From the NCBI GenBank assembly GCA_963664875.1, contig OY761611.1:96001-160000 (forward strand): a DNA stretch of 64,000 nt, written 5' to 3'. The notes below the pieces were generated by a model that worked only from the letters and a program-made list of their open reading frames with translations, was not told where the DNA came from and did not search any database. Origin of the DNA: Candidatus Kapaibacterium sp. (GTDB taxonomy: Bacteria; Bacteroidota; Ignavibacteria; Kapaibacteriales; UBA2268). Numbering within the stretch: position 1 is the first letter of the stretch; every line of letters starts with the position of its first letter. Below, in pieces: positions 18,913 to 29,089 of the stretch. The position numbers and the translations under genes were made by a program.

Positions 18913-21900
18913 TCTGCCCAGCTTTTACTGATTTTAGTGCCTGTGTCAATATCATTCTCGAGTTTAAGGAATACATCCACTTCTTCCTGGAGCTCTTCGA
19001 CGTGGGAGATTAGTCCGACAATGCGGTTTTCGTTTCTTAGAGTTTTTAAAGTGTTAAATACCATCGATAAAGAGTTTTTATCGAGCGAGCCAAATCCTTC
19101 GTCGAGGAAAAAGAAATTTTGATTTGTTTCTGCTTGTGCTTGTACACTTTCAGCAAGAGATAATGCCAAAGATAAAGATGCCTGAAAGGTCTGCCCACCG
19201 GATAGTGTTTTTACGCTTCTTGACTTGCCTTCATTCATATAGTCACGTACTTCAAAATTGTTTTTTTCGTTTAATATCAGCTCTAATTGTCTGTTTGTCA
19301 GCACGGCAAATCGTTTGTTTGCCAAATTGCAGAGCTGCTGCAAATAAACAGTCGAAATATAATTGACAAACCCATTCTTTTGAAAAAGGCGAGATAGTAT
19401 TTGAATATTCTGCTTTCTAATATTTAGTTTTTCGTCTTCTTTTTCTAATTCTTCTTTTTGTCTCAAATCTGAAGTGAGTTTTGCTATTTCATGTTGCACT
19501 GAGCCGAGTTTTTCTGTTATTTCGGTAATATCATCTTTTACTTGCTGCATTAGCTGATTTGTTTCCAAATGAAGTTCTTTATCATATTTCCTGTCATTAA
19601 TATCATTTGTAAGCTCATGCAATGAGTTTTCCAATTTTGCCTTTTGGAGCTTGTATGTTTCTATCTTCTCTTTTAAAGATATTTTATCCATAGGTTTGTT
19701 AAGTATTAACCTTACTGAGTCTAAAGAGTCGAAAGTACTATCTGCAATTTTGTTATTCATAATTGATGTTATTTGAGCAATTCCCTCACTTAACGCTTGC
19801 AATTGTTCAGATTTGAGATTTATAGTTGTAACCAAGTTTGATTGATTTCTCTCCAAATCTTTCATCTTTGCAGTAATATCTGTAAACTTCTCATCAGTAT
19901 CTGCTACATGTTTTTCAATTGCTTTTGCATTTGCGAGAAGCTCATCTTGTGATTTTTTAATATTCAAATCGAAGATGCCTTTATCTAAGGCGTTTTTGAG
20001 AGTGTTTTGTTCTGATGTAAGGGAAGCTCTTTCTAATTCAAGCTGCGTAAGTTTATGGCTCAAATTCTCAATATTTACAGTTGCTTTATTTAGTGATTCT
20101 TCCAATTCTTTTAGCTGATTGAGTAAGGAGTCATATTCTTCAGTCTCTTCGGTAAATATAGCTATGACCTGTTTTAGTTTTTCTGAATTTTTTTTGTATT
20201 CCGGATTCCACTTATATTCGGAACTAAGATTAGAAAGCTGAGCGTTTATAGATGACAATTCGTCAGTAAATTCAGTTTTTTGCTCTTTTATGTTTTTTAG
20301 TTCAATCTGATATTTTGAGAGGCTGCTTTTTTGATACTGGACAACCTTGTAGTCAGCGTCCAATTTTTCTAAAGTTTTTACTATGTGTTCTGTAAGAGCT
20401 TTCTCATGCTCATATTTTCTGATAGCAGGATGAGTGGTAGAACCACAATAAGGGCAAGGCATTCCCTCTTTGAGTTCCTGCACTTCTTTTGCAATAGCTG
20501 TTCGGGCATCAATTTCTTCAATTTTGATCTTTGAAGCATACGTTCTTTTTCTATCGACTCAGCAGATTCTTCGAGTGTGATTATCATCGACTCGATTTCA
20601 TCTTTAGGAGTTTCAGATAAGTACTGATTGCCTTCGTAGATATCCATTATTCCTTTTTTTTGAACGTTTTGTTTTTTCTCCAGATTAGAAAGCTTTTCTG
20701 TGAGAGAACTGATTTGTCTGAGCAGCAGAGTTTCTTGTTTATACCATGCTTCAATTTCTTTAAGTACAGCAAGCTCGTCCTTTTTCCCTCTGATATGTTG
20801 TATTTTATTCTTTAGATTTTCAATGTTTAACTTTGTTTCTGCTGCATCAGCTTTTGATTTGTTGAGTTCAAAATTTGCTTTTGCTATAGCTTTTTCATTT
20901 ATATCTGATTTTTCTAAAGAATCTTTGATTTTGATAAGGGTTTGCAGATTTTCTATTTGTTTAAGATATTCTGTTTTTTTTGCTAATTCAGCTTCGATTT
21001 TTTGAAGATTGTCTGTTTCCTTAATTATATCATCTTCGACTTTTGTCAATTCAGATTTGGCATTGGCAACTTCAGTTTCTATCAATGCCTTATCTTTATT
21101 CTGTCTGTCCAAATTATTCAAATCATTTTCAAAGGTTTCTTTGCTATGTAAATAACAATTTAAGTCTTGCTCAATTGCTAATATTTCTTCTTCCTGCTCT
21201 TTGTGTCTGGTCAATTGAATTGTAATATCTTCTTTTTTTGAGAATAGCTTATGCAATTCTTCAAAAGATTTGATTTCAGATTGTAGATTTTTAGATTTAG
21301 TCTCTAAGTCAGCAAGTTGAATTTTTGCTGAGTTTAGTTCATGTTCTTTTTGTGTAAGTGTGTCTCGATTAGCGCTTGCAAGCTCAGCAAGTCTGCCTTG
21401 TAAGAATTGTAAAGCTTCCTCGTTTTTAGCATTTAGAGATTTGACCTTTTCCGATAAATCGAATTTTTCTAATCTGAATATTTCTTGCAACATTTTGGTT
21501 CTGTCTGTGTCTCCAAGCTGCAAAAACTCCTGAAACTTGCCCTGAGGAATAATTATAGTTCTTCGGAAGTTATCGTAAGAAAGACCCAGAATGTCGTCAG
21601 CTTTATTTGAATCTAACGGCAACCATGTATCATTTTCTTTGACATAAGCATTTCTTGAGTAAGTGCCGACCTGATCAAAATGCTTTTTGTTTCGCTTAGC
21701 AGTAACCGTAAATCTATATTGCTTGTCTTCTCTACCGGCGGAAAAAATAAAATCTATAGCTAACTCATTCGATTTGAGATTCATCATGTTATAGCTTCGT
21801 TTGTCGTTGCCTGAAAGTCGCTCCGTATTGCCATATAAAGCGTAGGTGATAGCTTCGAGAATAGTAGATTTTCCGCTACCGACTCCTCCAAAAATTCCGA

Positions 21901-21991
21901 AAAGATGATTCGCTGTAAGCTTGGAGAAATCAATAACTTGTTCTTCTTGATAAGAATATATACCTTTTAGTTTTAACAAAATGGGAATCAT
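18909..21991 (-). pseudogene. sbcC: SbcC (Rad50-like) nuclease ATPase subunit, split by a -1 frameshift near 20480-20560
   Basis: 5' ORF has Walker A GGVGSGKST and the IIIPQGKFQEFL Q-loop. 3' ORF has the CPYC zinc hook, LSGGQTF signature and FLDEGFGSLD. The two frames overlap. May be a sequencing error rather than a true pseudogene. Confidence 0.85.
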
Positions 21992-21992
21992 T

Positions 21993-23216
21993 TTATTTCT
22001 CCTCACTAATAATCTCTTTAAACAAATCTAAAAGCTCTGAATTAGGTTCTTGTCCGCTGTTCTTAGATTTGAAGTAGCTGATAAAATGCTTGGAAATATC
22101 TGCAGTCAAATCTATAGAGTCTGTATTGTTGATAGCATCATTGTTAGAGATTAAAACATGTGGGATGATAGCGATTATGCCATCATGGGCTTCATAAAGT
22201 CGCTTTTTATCCATTCCGGTGAGGTATTCATCACTCACTATTGTAAGTTCTACAAGGGCTTTTGGATTTGCTTTAAGTTGGCTTATGGCATCATCAATTC
22301 CCTGACACATAAGTCTAAGTAAAGGTCTGCCTGCTTTGAGCTCAACTTTTTCAACTTTTGGTGAATTACCCGCTTCGAAGTCAAGTACAAGGACAAATTT
22401 TTGTTGATTTGCTTCGCTGAAGCTAAACGCCAAAGGGCTACCGGAATAATAGACAGGGCAGGGGGCGTTATCGACCTGTTGCATCCTGTGAAGATGCCCC
22501 AAGGCGACATAGTCTATTGAGTCCGGTATGTTTGATGTATGGACATCCTGCACTCCACCTATATGCAATATAGGTTTTTCATCTTCCGGTTCTTCCGGTA
22601 TTAAACCTCCTTTTTTAATCATAAATAGATGAGCCAAAAGGATGTTCACTCCATTTTTATCGCAATATTTGTCTGCTATTGATTGCCAATAATTTTGCAA
22701 ATAAAGCCGTAGTTCTTCTTCTGAGTTCTCTATGTCAAAAGCAGTTTTTAATCTTTGCTCGTTTGCGTATGCAGTAGTAATTATTCGAAGCGGTTCATTT
22801 GCATTTGGAAGAAGTAATTCTATAAAGCCTTTATCACTTTGGGTAACTCTAATTCCTGTTTCTAATGAAGTTTTATCAGCAAGAAAGTCCGGCTTGCCTG
22901 CGAGAAAAATCCCGCATTCTTTTGCGAGAGGGTCAGGGCTTTCAAATCTATCAGCCGAATCATGATTGCCTGCTATAGCAATGACGGGGCGGGTTCCTCC
23001 ATTAGTCATTTTTTTTGTCGCTCTGTAAAAAAGGCTAAGAGCTTCTGATGGAGGATTGAAAGTATCAAAAATGTCGCCGGCGACTATAATAGCATCAACA
23101 TTATGTTCGTTGGCTATTTGATTTATTTCTTCCAAAACTTCAATCTGTTCTTCCAATCTCGAGAAGACATCTAATTTTTTTCCCAGATGCCAATCTGAAG
23201 TGTGTAGTATTTTCAT
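21993..23216 (-). CDS. sbcD: SbcD (Mre11-like) nuclease subunit
   Basis: HTSDWHLG, AGDIFD, AGNHD, ALGHLH, YSGSP. Confidence 0.95.
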   Translation of the reverse strand: MKILHTSDWHLGKKLDVFSRLEEQIEVLEEINQIANEHNVDAIIVAGDIFDTFNPPSEALSLFYRATKKMTNGGTRPVIAIAGNHDSADRFESPDPLAKECGIFLAGKPDFLADKTSLETGIRVTQSDKGFIELLLPNANEPLRIITTAYANEQRLKTAFDIENSEEELRLYLQNYWQSIADKYCDKNGVNILLAHLFMIKKGGLIPEEPEDEKPILHIGGVQDVHTSNIPDSIDYVALGHLHRMQQVDNAPCPVYYSGSPLAFSFSEANQQKFVLVLDFEAGNSPKVEKVELKAGRPLLRLMCQGIDDAISQLKANPKALVELTIVSDEYLTGMDKKRLYEAHDGIIAIIPHVLISNNDAINNTDSIDLTADISKHFISYFKSKNSGQEPNSELLDLFKEIISEEK

Positions 23217-23381
23217 TTCATTTCTTTGATTATTCTGTCAAATTATCCAATGCCAATATAATGATATATGGCTAATGCGTCAATAGCAAGAAAGACGTAT
23301 TTTTATTTTTACGTGTTATCCGCAAAAGGTAGAAATGAAAGAAATATTATTTATATTTGTAGATTATTATAAAAAGGAGAT

Positions 23382-23912
23382 ATGATGGAAAATACTTTGG
23401 ACAATTTACAATTAGAGAAACAAAAACGAAAAAAACTGCTGCTTTTTATTGGGAAGTTTCTATTGATAGTTATCGCTTATTACTCAATAGTTCTATTCCT
23501 AAGTGAAGAATTGTTTGCTCCCTATGTCAATGCAACTGCTTATCTGAGTTCGCTACTGATTAGATTGTTTTATGATTCAGTAACTGTCAGCGGTAACTTT
23601 ATAGGTAGTGGTACCAGCTTCATTAGTCTATCTTTTGGTTGCGAAGGTACAGAGCCGTTGGTCATTTTTATTGCGGCAATGGTGGGTTTCCCGATTGCGG
23701 CTAAGCAGAAACTTATGCCGACTATTGCGGGTGTTGGGATTTTATACTTCCTCAATCTAATTAGAGTTTTGGGGCTTTTTATTGTAAATTCGACTTTCCC
23801 TTCGATTTTTGTCGAAGTCCATGAGATATACTTCCCCATACTATTTATAATGTTTGCTTTTGTTCAATTTTTTATAAGTCTGAAATGGTCACTGAAAAAC
23901 ACTCAAAAATAG
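23382..23912 (+). CDS. Exosortase/archaeosortase family protein (short, XrtH-like)
   Basis: Multi-TM protein with the Cys-Arg-His triad in family context: SFGCEGTEP, LNLIRV, EVHE. Confidence 0.85.
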   Translation: MMENTLDNLQLEKQKRKKLLLFIGKFLLIVIAYYSIVLFLSEELFAPYVNATAYLSSLLIRLFYDSVTVSGNFIGSGTSFISLSFGCEGTEPLVIFIAAMVGFPIAAKQKLMPTIAGVGILYFLNLIRVLGLFIVNSTFPSIFVEVHEIYFPILFIMFAFVQFFISLKWSLKNTQK

Positions 23913-24550
23913 ATAGATTATTCGGAAGAAAAATTTGGTTGCAGTTTGCAGTTAAATCCATAATCCTAATAGTTATGTACATTTTGCTTTTGCCCTTGCT
24001 TGTCAATTTTTCCGGTGCAATATTGGAAGGAATCGGCAATAGCTACTACGAAAGATTCCAAAATGATGGTTCTTCTCATAAAGTCAAAATAGTCAGAAAA
24101 AATCTGAATCAAGACTTTAATGTGATGACTCATTTTTATGAGAAAGCAACAGACGATGGGGGACATGCTATCAAAGAACTGGAAATCAACATACGAAACG
24201 AAGTACTTAATCCAATAGCCGTATTTTTGATAATATTTCTTTCCTTTCCATTTGGTGAAAGATTTCGACTAAAATCTTTCTCGATAGCCTTGACAATAAT
24301 TCTGGTCTTTATTGCATTTAAACTATTTGCTATGGTTTATGACAATTACAATATGCCGGACTATGTCTTAAAAGATCTTGTTTTTTTGCTTGACTATCCT
24401 GTTTATTTGTTTAATATGGCACTTGCCTCGCTTGGTACCAGTATCAATTATGCATTTCCGGCGATAGTTGCTCTGATTGCTAATTATATTTTTATTGAAG
24501 AAATATTTATTACTAAACTTGATTTAGATAATAAAATGCTAAATCAGTAA
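23885..24550 (+). CDS. Exosortase-associated membrane protein (degenerate exosortase-like)
   Basis: Overlaps the exosortase gene. Helix LNPIAVFLIIFLSFPFGERFRLK mirrors TEPLVIFIAAMVGFPIAAKQKL, but the protein has no Cys at all. Confidence 0.6.
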   Translation: MVTEKHSKIDRLFGRKIWLQFAVKSIILIVMYILLLPLLVNFSGAILEGIGNSYYERFQNDGSSHKVKIVRKNLNQDFNVMTHFYEKATDDGGHAIKELEINIRNEVLNPIAVFLIIFLSFPFGERFRLKSFSIALTIILVFIAFKLFAMVYDNYNMPDYVLKDLVFLLDYPVYLFNMALASLGTSINYAFPAIVALIANYIFIEEIFITKLDLDNKMLNQ

Positions 24551-24677
24551 AAAAATATGTAACTATTTTAGAGCTCATGTGTTTTTACTTTAAGGGAGTA
24601 ATTGTGTTTATATTTCCAAAATCGTAATCTTAGATTTATAAAATAATTGAATTCAATATTTAATCAGGAGAAACTGC

Positions 24678-27575
24678 ATGATAAAAAATATGCTGAAAGC
24701 ATTATGCATAGCAGCCTCGCTCGGTATTTTGTCAACAGGCTTGTCGGCAGATGATATCAAACTTCCTGCTTCTTTAAGCAGAGAAACTACTTATCAGATA
24801 AAGCAATTAGATAATTCAAAAACTTCACTAAAAAACTGGACCATCGTTAATGATGATGTTACAGGTAAACCCAAAAGAGCATTTGGTACTCCAGTGAATT
24901 TTGCTGATTTTGGCATGCCTAGCGAAGGAAATGTAGAGCAGATTGCCCGCAGATTTTTTGAATTGTATGGCAACGATTTTGGAATAAGTACATCTGATAT
25001 CAGACTTGTTGCTAAAAATTATGCTAATAACAGGTGGCATGTAAAATTTAAACAGTATTATAATGACATGGAAGTTATGTTCTCGGACATTTCTGTTACC
25101 ATTTTTAAAAACGGTAATATAATGTCTGCTAATACCGAATTTTACAACGATATTGATGTACCTGCTCAGCCAAAAATCAGTTATCAGACTGCAATCAACA
25201 GAGCCTCCGACAAATCGACAAAAGCAAAGATTAAAGATGTAATTCTATCCAAACCATTGCTAAAAGTAATGCCTTATGTAGTAAACAAGAGCCTTGCTTA
25301 TAAACTGGTATATGAACATCAGTACCAAACAAATGAGCTAAATGAGCAATTTACTTCTTACGTTGATGCTAATTCAGGCGAAGTTTTATGGCGATTCGGC
25401 AATCTTATGCATGCTGCTAAAGAAGTAAAAGTTAGTGGCATTATCAAAGATAAATATGCTGATGCTGCTAAAGAATCAAAATACTTCCCAAATCAAAAAA
25501 TAAGAGTTGATGGCAATATTTATTATACTGATAAAGATGGCAAGTTAGCACTAAATACTGAATCTACTGATGCAACTGCATATTTGGACGGAAAATATGT
25601 ACAAGTGTATAATGTAAATGAATCAATTTCTCAGGATAACTTTTCTTTGTCAGGAAGCAATGTAGAATTCAGTTGGAGTGATGAAAATTCTACTCTTTTT
25701 GAAAGAAATCTATACTATCACACCAATGTTGTACATCAATACTTTAAAACTATAGATCCTAATCAGAATTTCTGTGATTTTCCGATAGAAGTATCTCTAA
25801 TGAGCGGTACCGGTTCTCCTAATGCAATGTCAGGTGGGGAACAGATATATTTTATTAATATTGACAATACGTCTGCAGAGCTTGCAGGTTCAGGTAGTGT
25901 GCTTTATCATGAGTATGGACATAGTATGAATAGATTTCACTATGCAGCGAGTGGCTCGAATGTTGGTATGATCAATACTGCTTGCAATGAAGCTCTTGCT
26001 GATATTACTTCGTGTGCTATTCTGAACGATTCACAAGTCGGAAAAAGCGTATTTACAAGTGACAGAAATCGATTTATTAGAGATGTAAATAATGACAATA
26101 AATACCCGGACGATGTAGAAAGTGATCCGCATTATACAGGTCAAATTTTGGCAGGAGCCCTATGGGATTTCTATAAGCTAACCGATATGGAAACTTTGAA
26201 TAGAGTTTCTCACTTTGCTAAATATGAAACTCCTGACGATGCTAATGACGGTAATTCATTTGCAGAATGGTTCCTTGCTTGTATAGTAGCAGATGATGAT
26301 GATGGAGATTTATCCAATGGGACTCCGCATTTGCAAGAGTTGGTAACAGCCTTTGATAAGCATAATATTGGAATTAGTCTCATTTCAGGAAAAGCATTCT
26401 ATCATAAACCTGTTGGACTATATACTAACGGCAATGGTTCTTATGATGTTAACTTTAGTTTTGCAACAGGCACAAATTATGAATTCCTAAAAAGCTTAGT
26501 TCAAGTAGAAAAAGCAGAAGTAGTCTGGTCGCACTGGGGTTCGCAGGAGTTTCATACGGTAGATGCCACAATAAATCCTGATGGCACATATTCTGCAAAA
26601 ATTCCGGAACAGCAAAACGGTTCTATACTGAAATATCATGTTAATCTCACACTTTCAAGCAGCGACGATGTAATTCAATATTCCTCAGAAGAATCATTTG
26701 AAGGTGGCGATCTTTTATTCGTTGGTTATAAAACATTCTTTGAAGATGACTTTGAGTCAGAAAAAGGCTGGGTAATTGGTGAAGACGAAGACGATGCTAC
26801 TCAAGGGATATGGGAGAGAGAAATACCCCAGGAAGTACTCTTCCAAAGATATCAGTTCCAACCGGGCGAAGATCATTCTGAAAATGGAGAATACTGCCTT
26901 GTAACTGATAAATATGGTGAAGATGATATGGCATTCCTATATTCTTATGCCGACGGAAGAACAACAGTTACATCGCCTCGCATAGATTTATCAAAAGCAT
27001 TTAGACCTGTTTTAGAATATTATCACTGGACAATGATTGCGAATTTTAGTAACAGTTCTCATCAGGTTGGTTCAGATTTTTATGTCAGCAACGATGACGG
27101 TTTGACTTGGACCAAAATAGACGAGCTTAATAAAGATATGATGTCATGGAGCAAACGATACGTAGATATTAAAAAATATATTAGCGATTTTACAAATCAA
27201 ATGAGATTTAAAGTTGTTGCAGATGGTTATACTCAAAGTGGTGGAGAGTTAGTTTTACTGGAAGTGCTTGTAGATGACCTGAAAATTATGGATTTGGATC
27301 CGGATGTATCCGTCGCATCTAATCAAGAAATTGGTATGAAGCTATTTCCTAATCCTGTAAGCGATAACTTATCTGTGATTTCTGATACAATGATTGAAGC
27401 AATCGAAATTACTGACATTTTTGGGAATACTGTTTATACTGCCTCAAATTTATCATCTGACAATATGCTTTGGGATTTGTCGGACATAAACGGCAATAAA
27501 GTAGCAAGCGGAACTTATTTTATCAGAATAACCGATGCAGATGGTGTTAAAGTAAACAAAATCATAGTGCAGTAA
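24678..27575 (+). CDS. Secreted M4/M36-type zinc metallopeptidase with FTP/PepSY propeptide and T9SS type A CTD
   Basis: Signal peptide; HVKFKQYYNDMEV (FTP); YVDANSGEVLW (PepSY); HEYGH...NEALAD gluzincin motif; CTD LFPNPVSD...ITDIFG...SGTYFIRI...KIIVQ. Confidence 0.88.
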   Translation: MIKNMLKALCIAASLGILSTGLSADDIKLPASLSRETTYQIKQLDNSKTSLKNWTIVNDDVTGKPKRAFGTPVNFADFGMPSEGNVEQIARRFFELYGNDFGISTSDIRLVAKNYANNRWHVKFKQYYNDMEVMFSDISVTIFKNGNIMSANTEFYNDIDVPAQPKISYQTAINRASDKSTKAKIKDVILSKPLLKVMPYVVNKSLAYKLVYEHQYQTNELNEQFTSYVDANSGEVLWRFGNLMHAAKEVKVSGIIKDKYADAAKESKYFPNQKIRVDGNIYYTDKDGKLALNTESTDATAYLDGKYVQVYNVNESISQDNFSLSGSNVEFSWSDENSTLFERNLYYHTNVVHQYFKTIDPNQNFCDFPIEVSLMSGTGSPNAMSGGEQIYFINIDNTSAELAGSGSVLYHEYGHSMNRFHYAASGSNVGMINTACNEALADITSCAILNDSQVGKSVFTSDRNRFIRDVNNDNKYPDDVESDPHYTGQILAGALWDFYKLTDMETLNRVSHFAKYETPDDANDGNSFAEWFLACIVADDDDGDLSNGTPHLQELVTAFDKHNIGISLISGKAFYHKPVGLYTNGNGSYDVNFSFATGTNYEFLKSLVQVEKAEVVWSHWGSQEFHTVDATINPDGTYSAKIPEQQNGSILKYHVNLTLSSSDDVIQYSSEESFEGGDLLFVGYKTFFEDDFESEKGWVIGEDEDDATQGIWEREIPQEVLFQRYQFQPGEDHSENGEYCLVTDKYGEDDMAFLYSYADGRTTVTSPRIDLSKAFRPVLEYYHWTMIANFSNSSHQVGSDFYVSNDDGLTWTKIDELNKDMMSWSKRYVDIKKYISDFTNQMRFKVVADGYTQSGGELVLLEVLVDDLKIMDLDPDVSVASNQEIGMKLFPNPVSDNLSVISDTMIEAIEITDIFGNTVYTASNLSSDNMLWDLSDINGNKVASGTYFIRITDADGVKVNKIIVQ

Positions 27576-27633
27576 GTTTAGCTACAAAACTTTGCTGATA
27601 TGGCAGCAATTTACAGACGATAAAATTGATTTA

Positions 27634-27676
27634 AAGGGTAGGGGATGAAGTTGATTCTCTACCCTTGATTTTTTTT
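27634..27676 (+). terminator. Rho-independent terminator after the peptidase gene
   Basis: AAGGGTAGGG...CTCTACCCTT stem followed by a T-run. Confidence 0.7.
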
Positions 27677-27698
27677 GAGCTTGGAAAGGTAGTGTAAA

Positions 27699-27806
27699 TT
27701 AAACTCTGTCTGTTTCATCTTCAAGGCGGACATCAATCTTTATCTCGTCATTATCTGTGCTATAGATAAGCATTTCGCAGTTATTTTGTGTATTTTCTTT
27801 TTTATC
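27699..27806 (-). pseudogene. N-terminal remnant of a RhuM/virulence-protein family gene
   Basis: Frame reads DKKENTQNNCEMLIYSTDNDEIKIDVRLEDETDRV*, matching the RhuM N-terminal pattern (ILIYQxxDGxxKIDVRLEDETVWL) and breaking off after EDET. Confidence 0.6.
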
Positions 27807-28169
27807 TTACAAGTACAATTCAATTCTGGTACAATCACAACTAATATACTCTCCATCTCGAATATATGAAGGAAGGTAACCCAAGCATATTTCAAAATCA
27901 AATACACAAACAATACCATCTTTACGATTTATCACTTTTCCTACTATATGATAATCCCACAAGTCAGTTTGCTCTTCCAATAAAAAAACAGCATCATCAA
28001 CAATCTTTACATTTTCAACTATCAAAACATTAAGTGGTACATTAATTGTTTCAAACAACTTGAATTCTAATGGGTGTGAAAATGCATTTATTGTTCTTGT
28101 CCCATCTGAAATAACTATTGAAGCTTCTAACGCTTCTTCATCAAGCCAATCAATTTTAATAATTTTCAT
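27807..28169 (-). CDS. Hypothetical acidic 120-aa protein, possibly a polymorphic-toxin immunity protein
   Basis: MKIIKIDWLDEEALEASIVISDG...AFSHP...RIEL; in the AT-rich island. Resembles, from memory, small proteins found behind Rhs toxins. Confidence 0.6.
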   Translation of the reverse strand: MKIIKIDWLDEEALEASIVISDGTRTINAFSHPLEFKLFETINVPLNVLIVENVKIVDDAVFLLEEQTDLWDYHIVGKVINRKDGIVCVFDFEICLGYLPSYIRDGEYISCDCTRIELYL

Positions 28170-28310
28170 ATTATATTTCCTAATATATCTAAAAGTATTC
28201 AGTGCTTTTTTTTGCAATTGCTTGAGTGTCTTAATATGGAAAGTAGTTATATCACCAGATATTTTCATGTTCTATTGACTTAAACCCAATCTCTATTTCT
28301 ATTCATATCT

Positions 28311-28946
28311 CTATAAACTTTTCGAACGATTGGCATCGACATAAGAACGTAAGCATTCTAAGACCTTATGTGTCTCTTGTATTAGCTCATACTCACTCAC
28401 ATCATAAGGTTCCATAAGATCAGGATCCTCTTCTAATGAATCACAGGTTGTGCTAAGTCTAGACAGTAGATCTTCAACACTTTCTATATCTTCTTTACCT
28501 TCGATCGCATTTATAACATCGATATTTGAAGTAGGATATAAATGTCCCCAACTATATACACTATTTAGAGAAAAAATAGATTTAGTATAAATATCGTTAT
28601 CAATAGTCTTATTAAGATAGTTTTCTAAGAACAAAATCCATACATTTAAAAGATCAACTTTATCCACTTGAATAGAATTTATCTCTAAAAAATCAAATAA
28701 TTTCTTAGCTTCTTGTTCCCAGTCTATCTTTCTAAATGTATTATCAAAATCATTATAAAATGCACGATAAGACATTCTATAAAATTCATCTAATTTATTT
28801 TCTATATTTTTATTTGTGAATAAATTATTATTCCTCAAAATTTGATATAAATCTATATACTGACCAACGAAATAAGCATCATTAAACTTAATCTCATATC
28901 CTAAACGTATTTTGATTAAGCTTCTAACTAATATGATATCATACAT
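28311..28946 (-). CDS. Hypothetical acidic 211-aa protein in AT-rich island
   Basis: Strong RBS AGGAGGA at 28952-28958 before ATG 28946 (MYDIILVRS). The ORF-track extension upstream is the repeat element. Confidence 0.7.
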   Translation of the reverse strand: MYDIILVRSLIKIRLGYEIKFNDAYFVGQYIDLYQILRNNNLFTNKNIENKLDEFYRMSYRAFYNDFDNTFRKIDWEQEAKKLFDFLEINSIQVDKVDLLNVWILFLENYLNKTIDNDIYTKSIFSLNSVYSWGHLYPTSNIDVINAIEGKEDIESVEDLLSRLSTTCDSLEEDPDLMEPYDVSEYELIQETHKVLECLRSYVDANRSKSL

Positions 28947-28959
28947 TATGTTCCTCCTA

Positions 28960-29089
28960 TTCTTTGGTTTCCGTTTCTTTGCTTTTTTATCGCACAAAAA
29001 AAGAAGTTGAAAAAGTAACACCAATCTCTTATTTAAATCACCTGTAAAGGTAAGTCTTGCCGCCCTTACAGGGTTCTGTTTACTCAATA
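28960..29089 (-). repeat. Dispersed ~130-bp palindromic element, copy A
   Basis: Reverse complement aligns to 60169-60304 with 4 mismatches over the first ~80 nt, plus indels in the T/A-rich hairpin. Confidence 0.92.
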
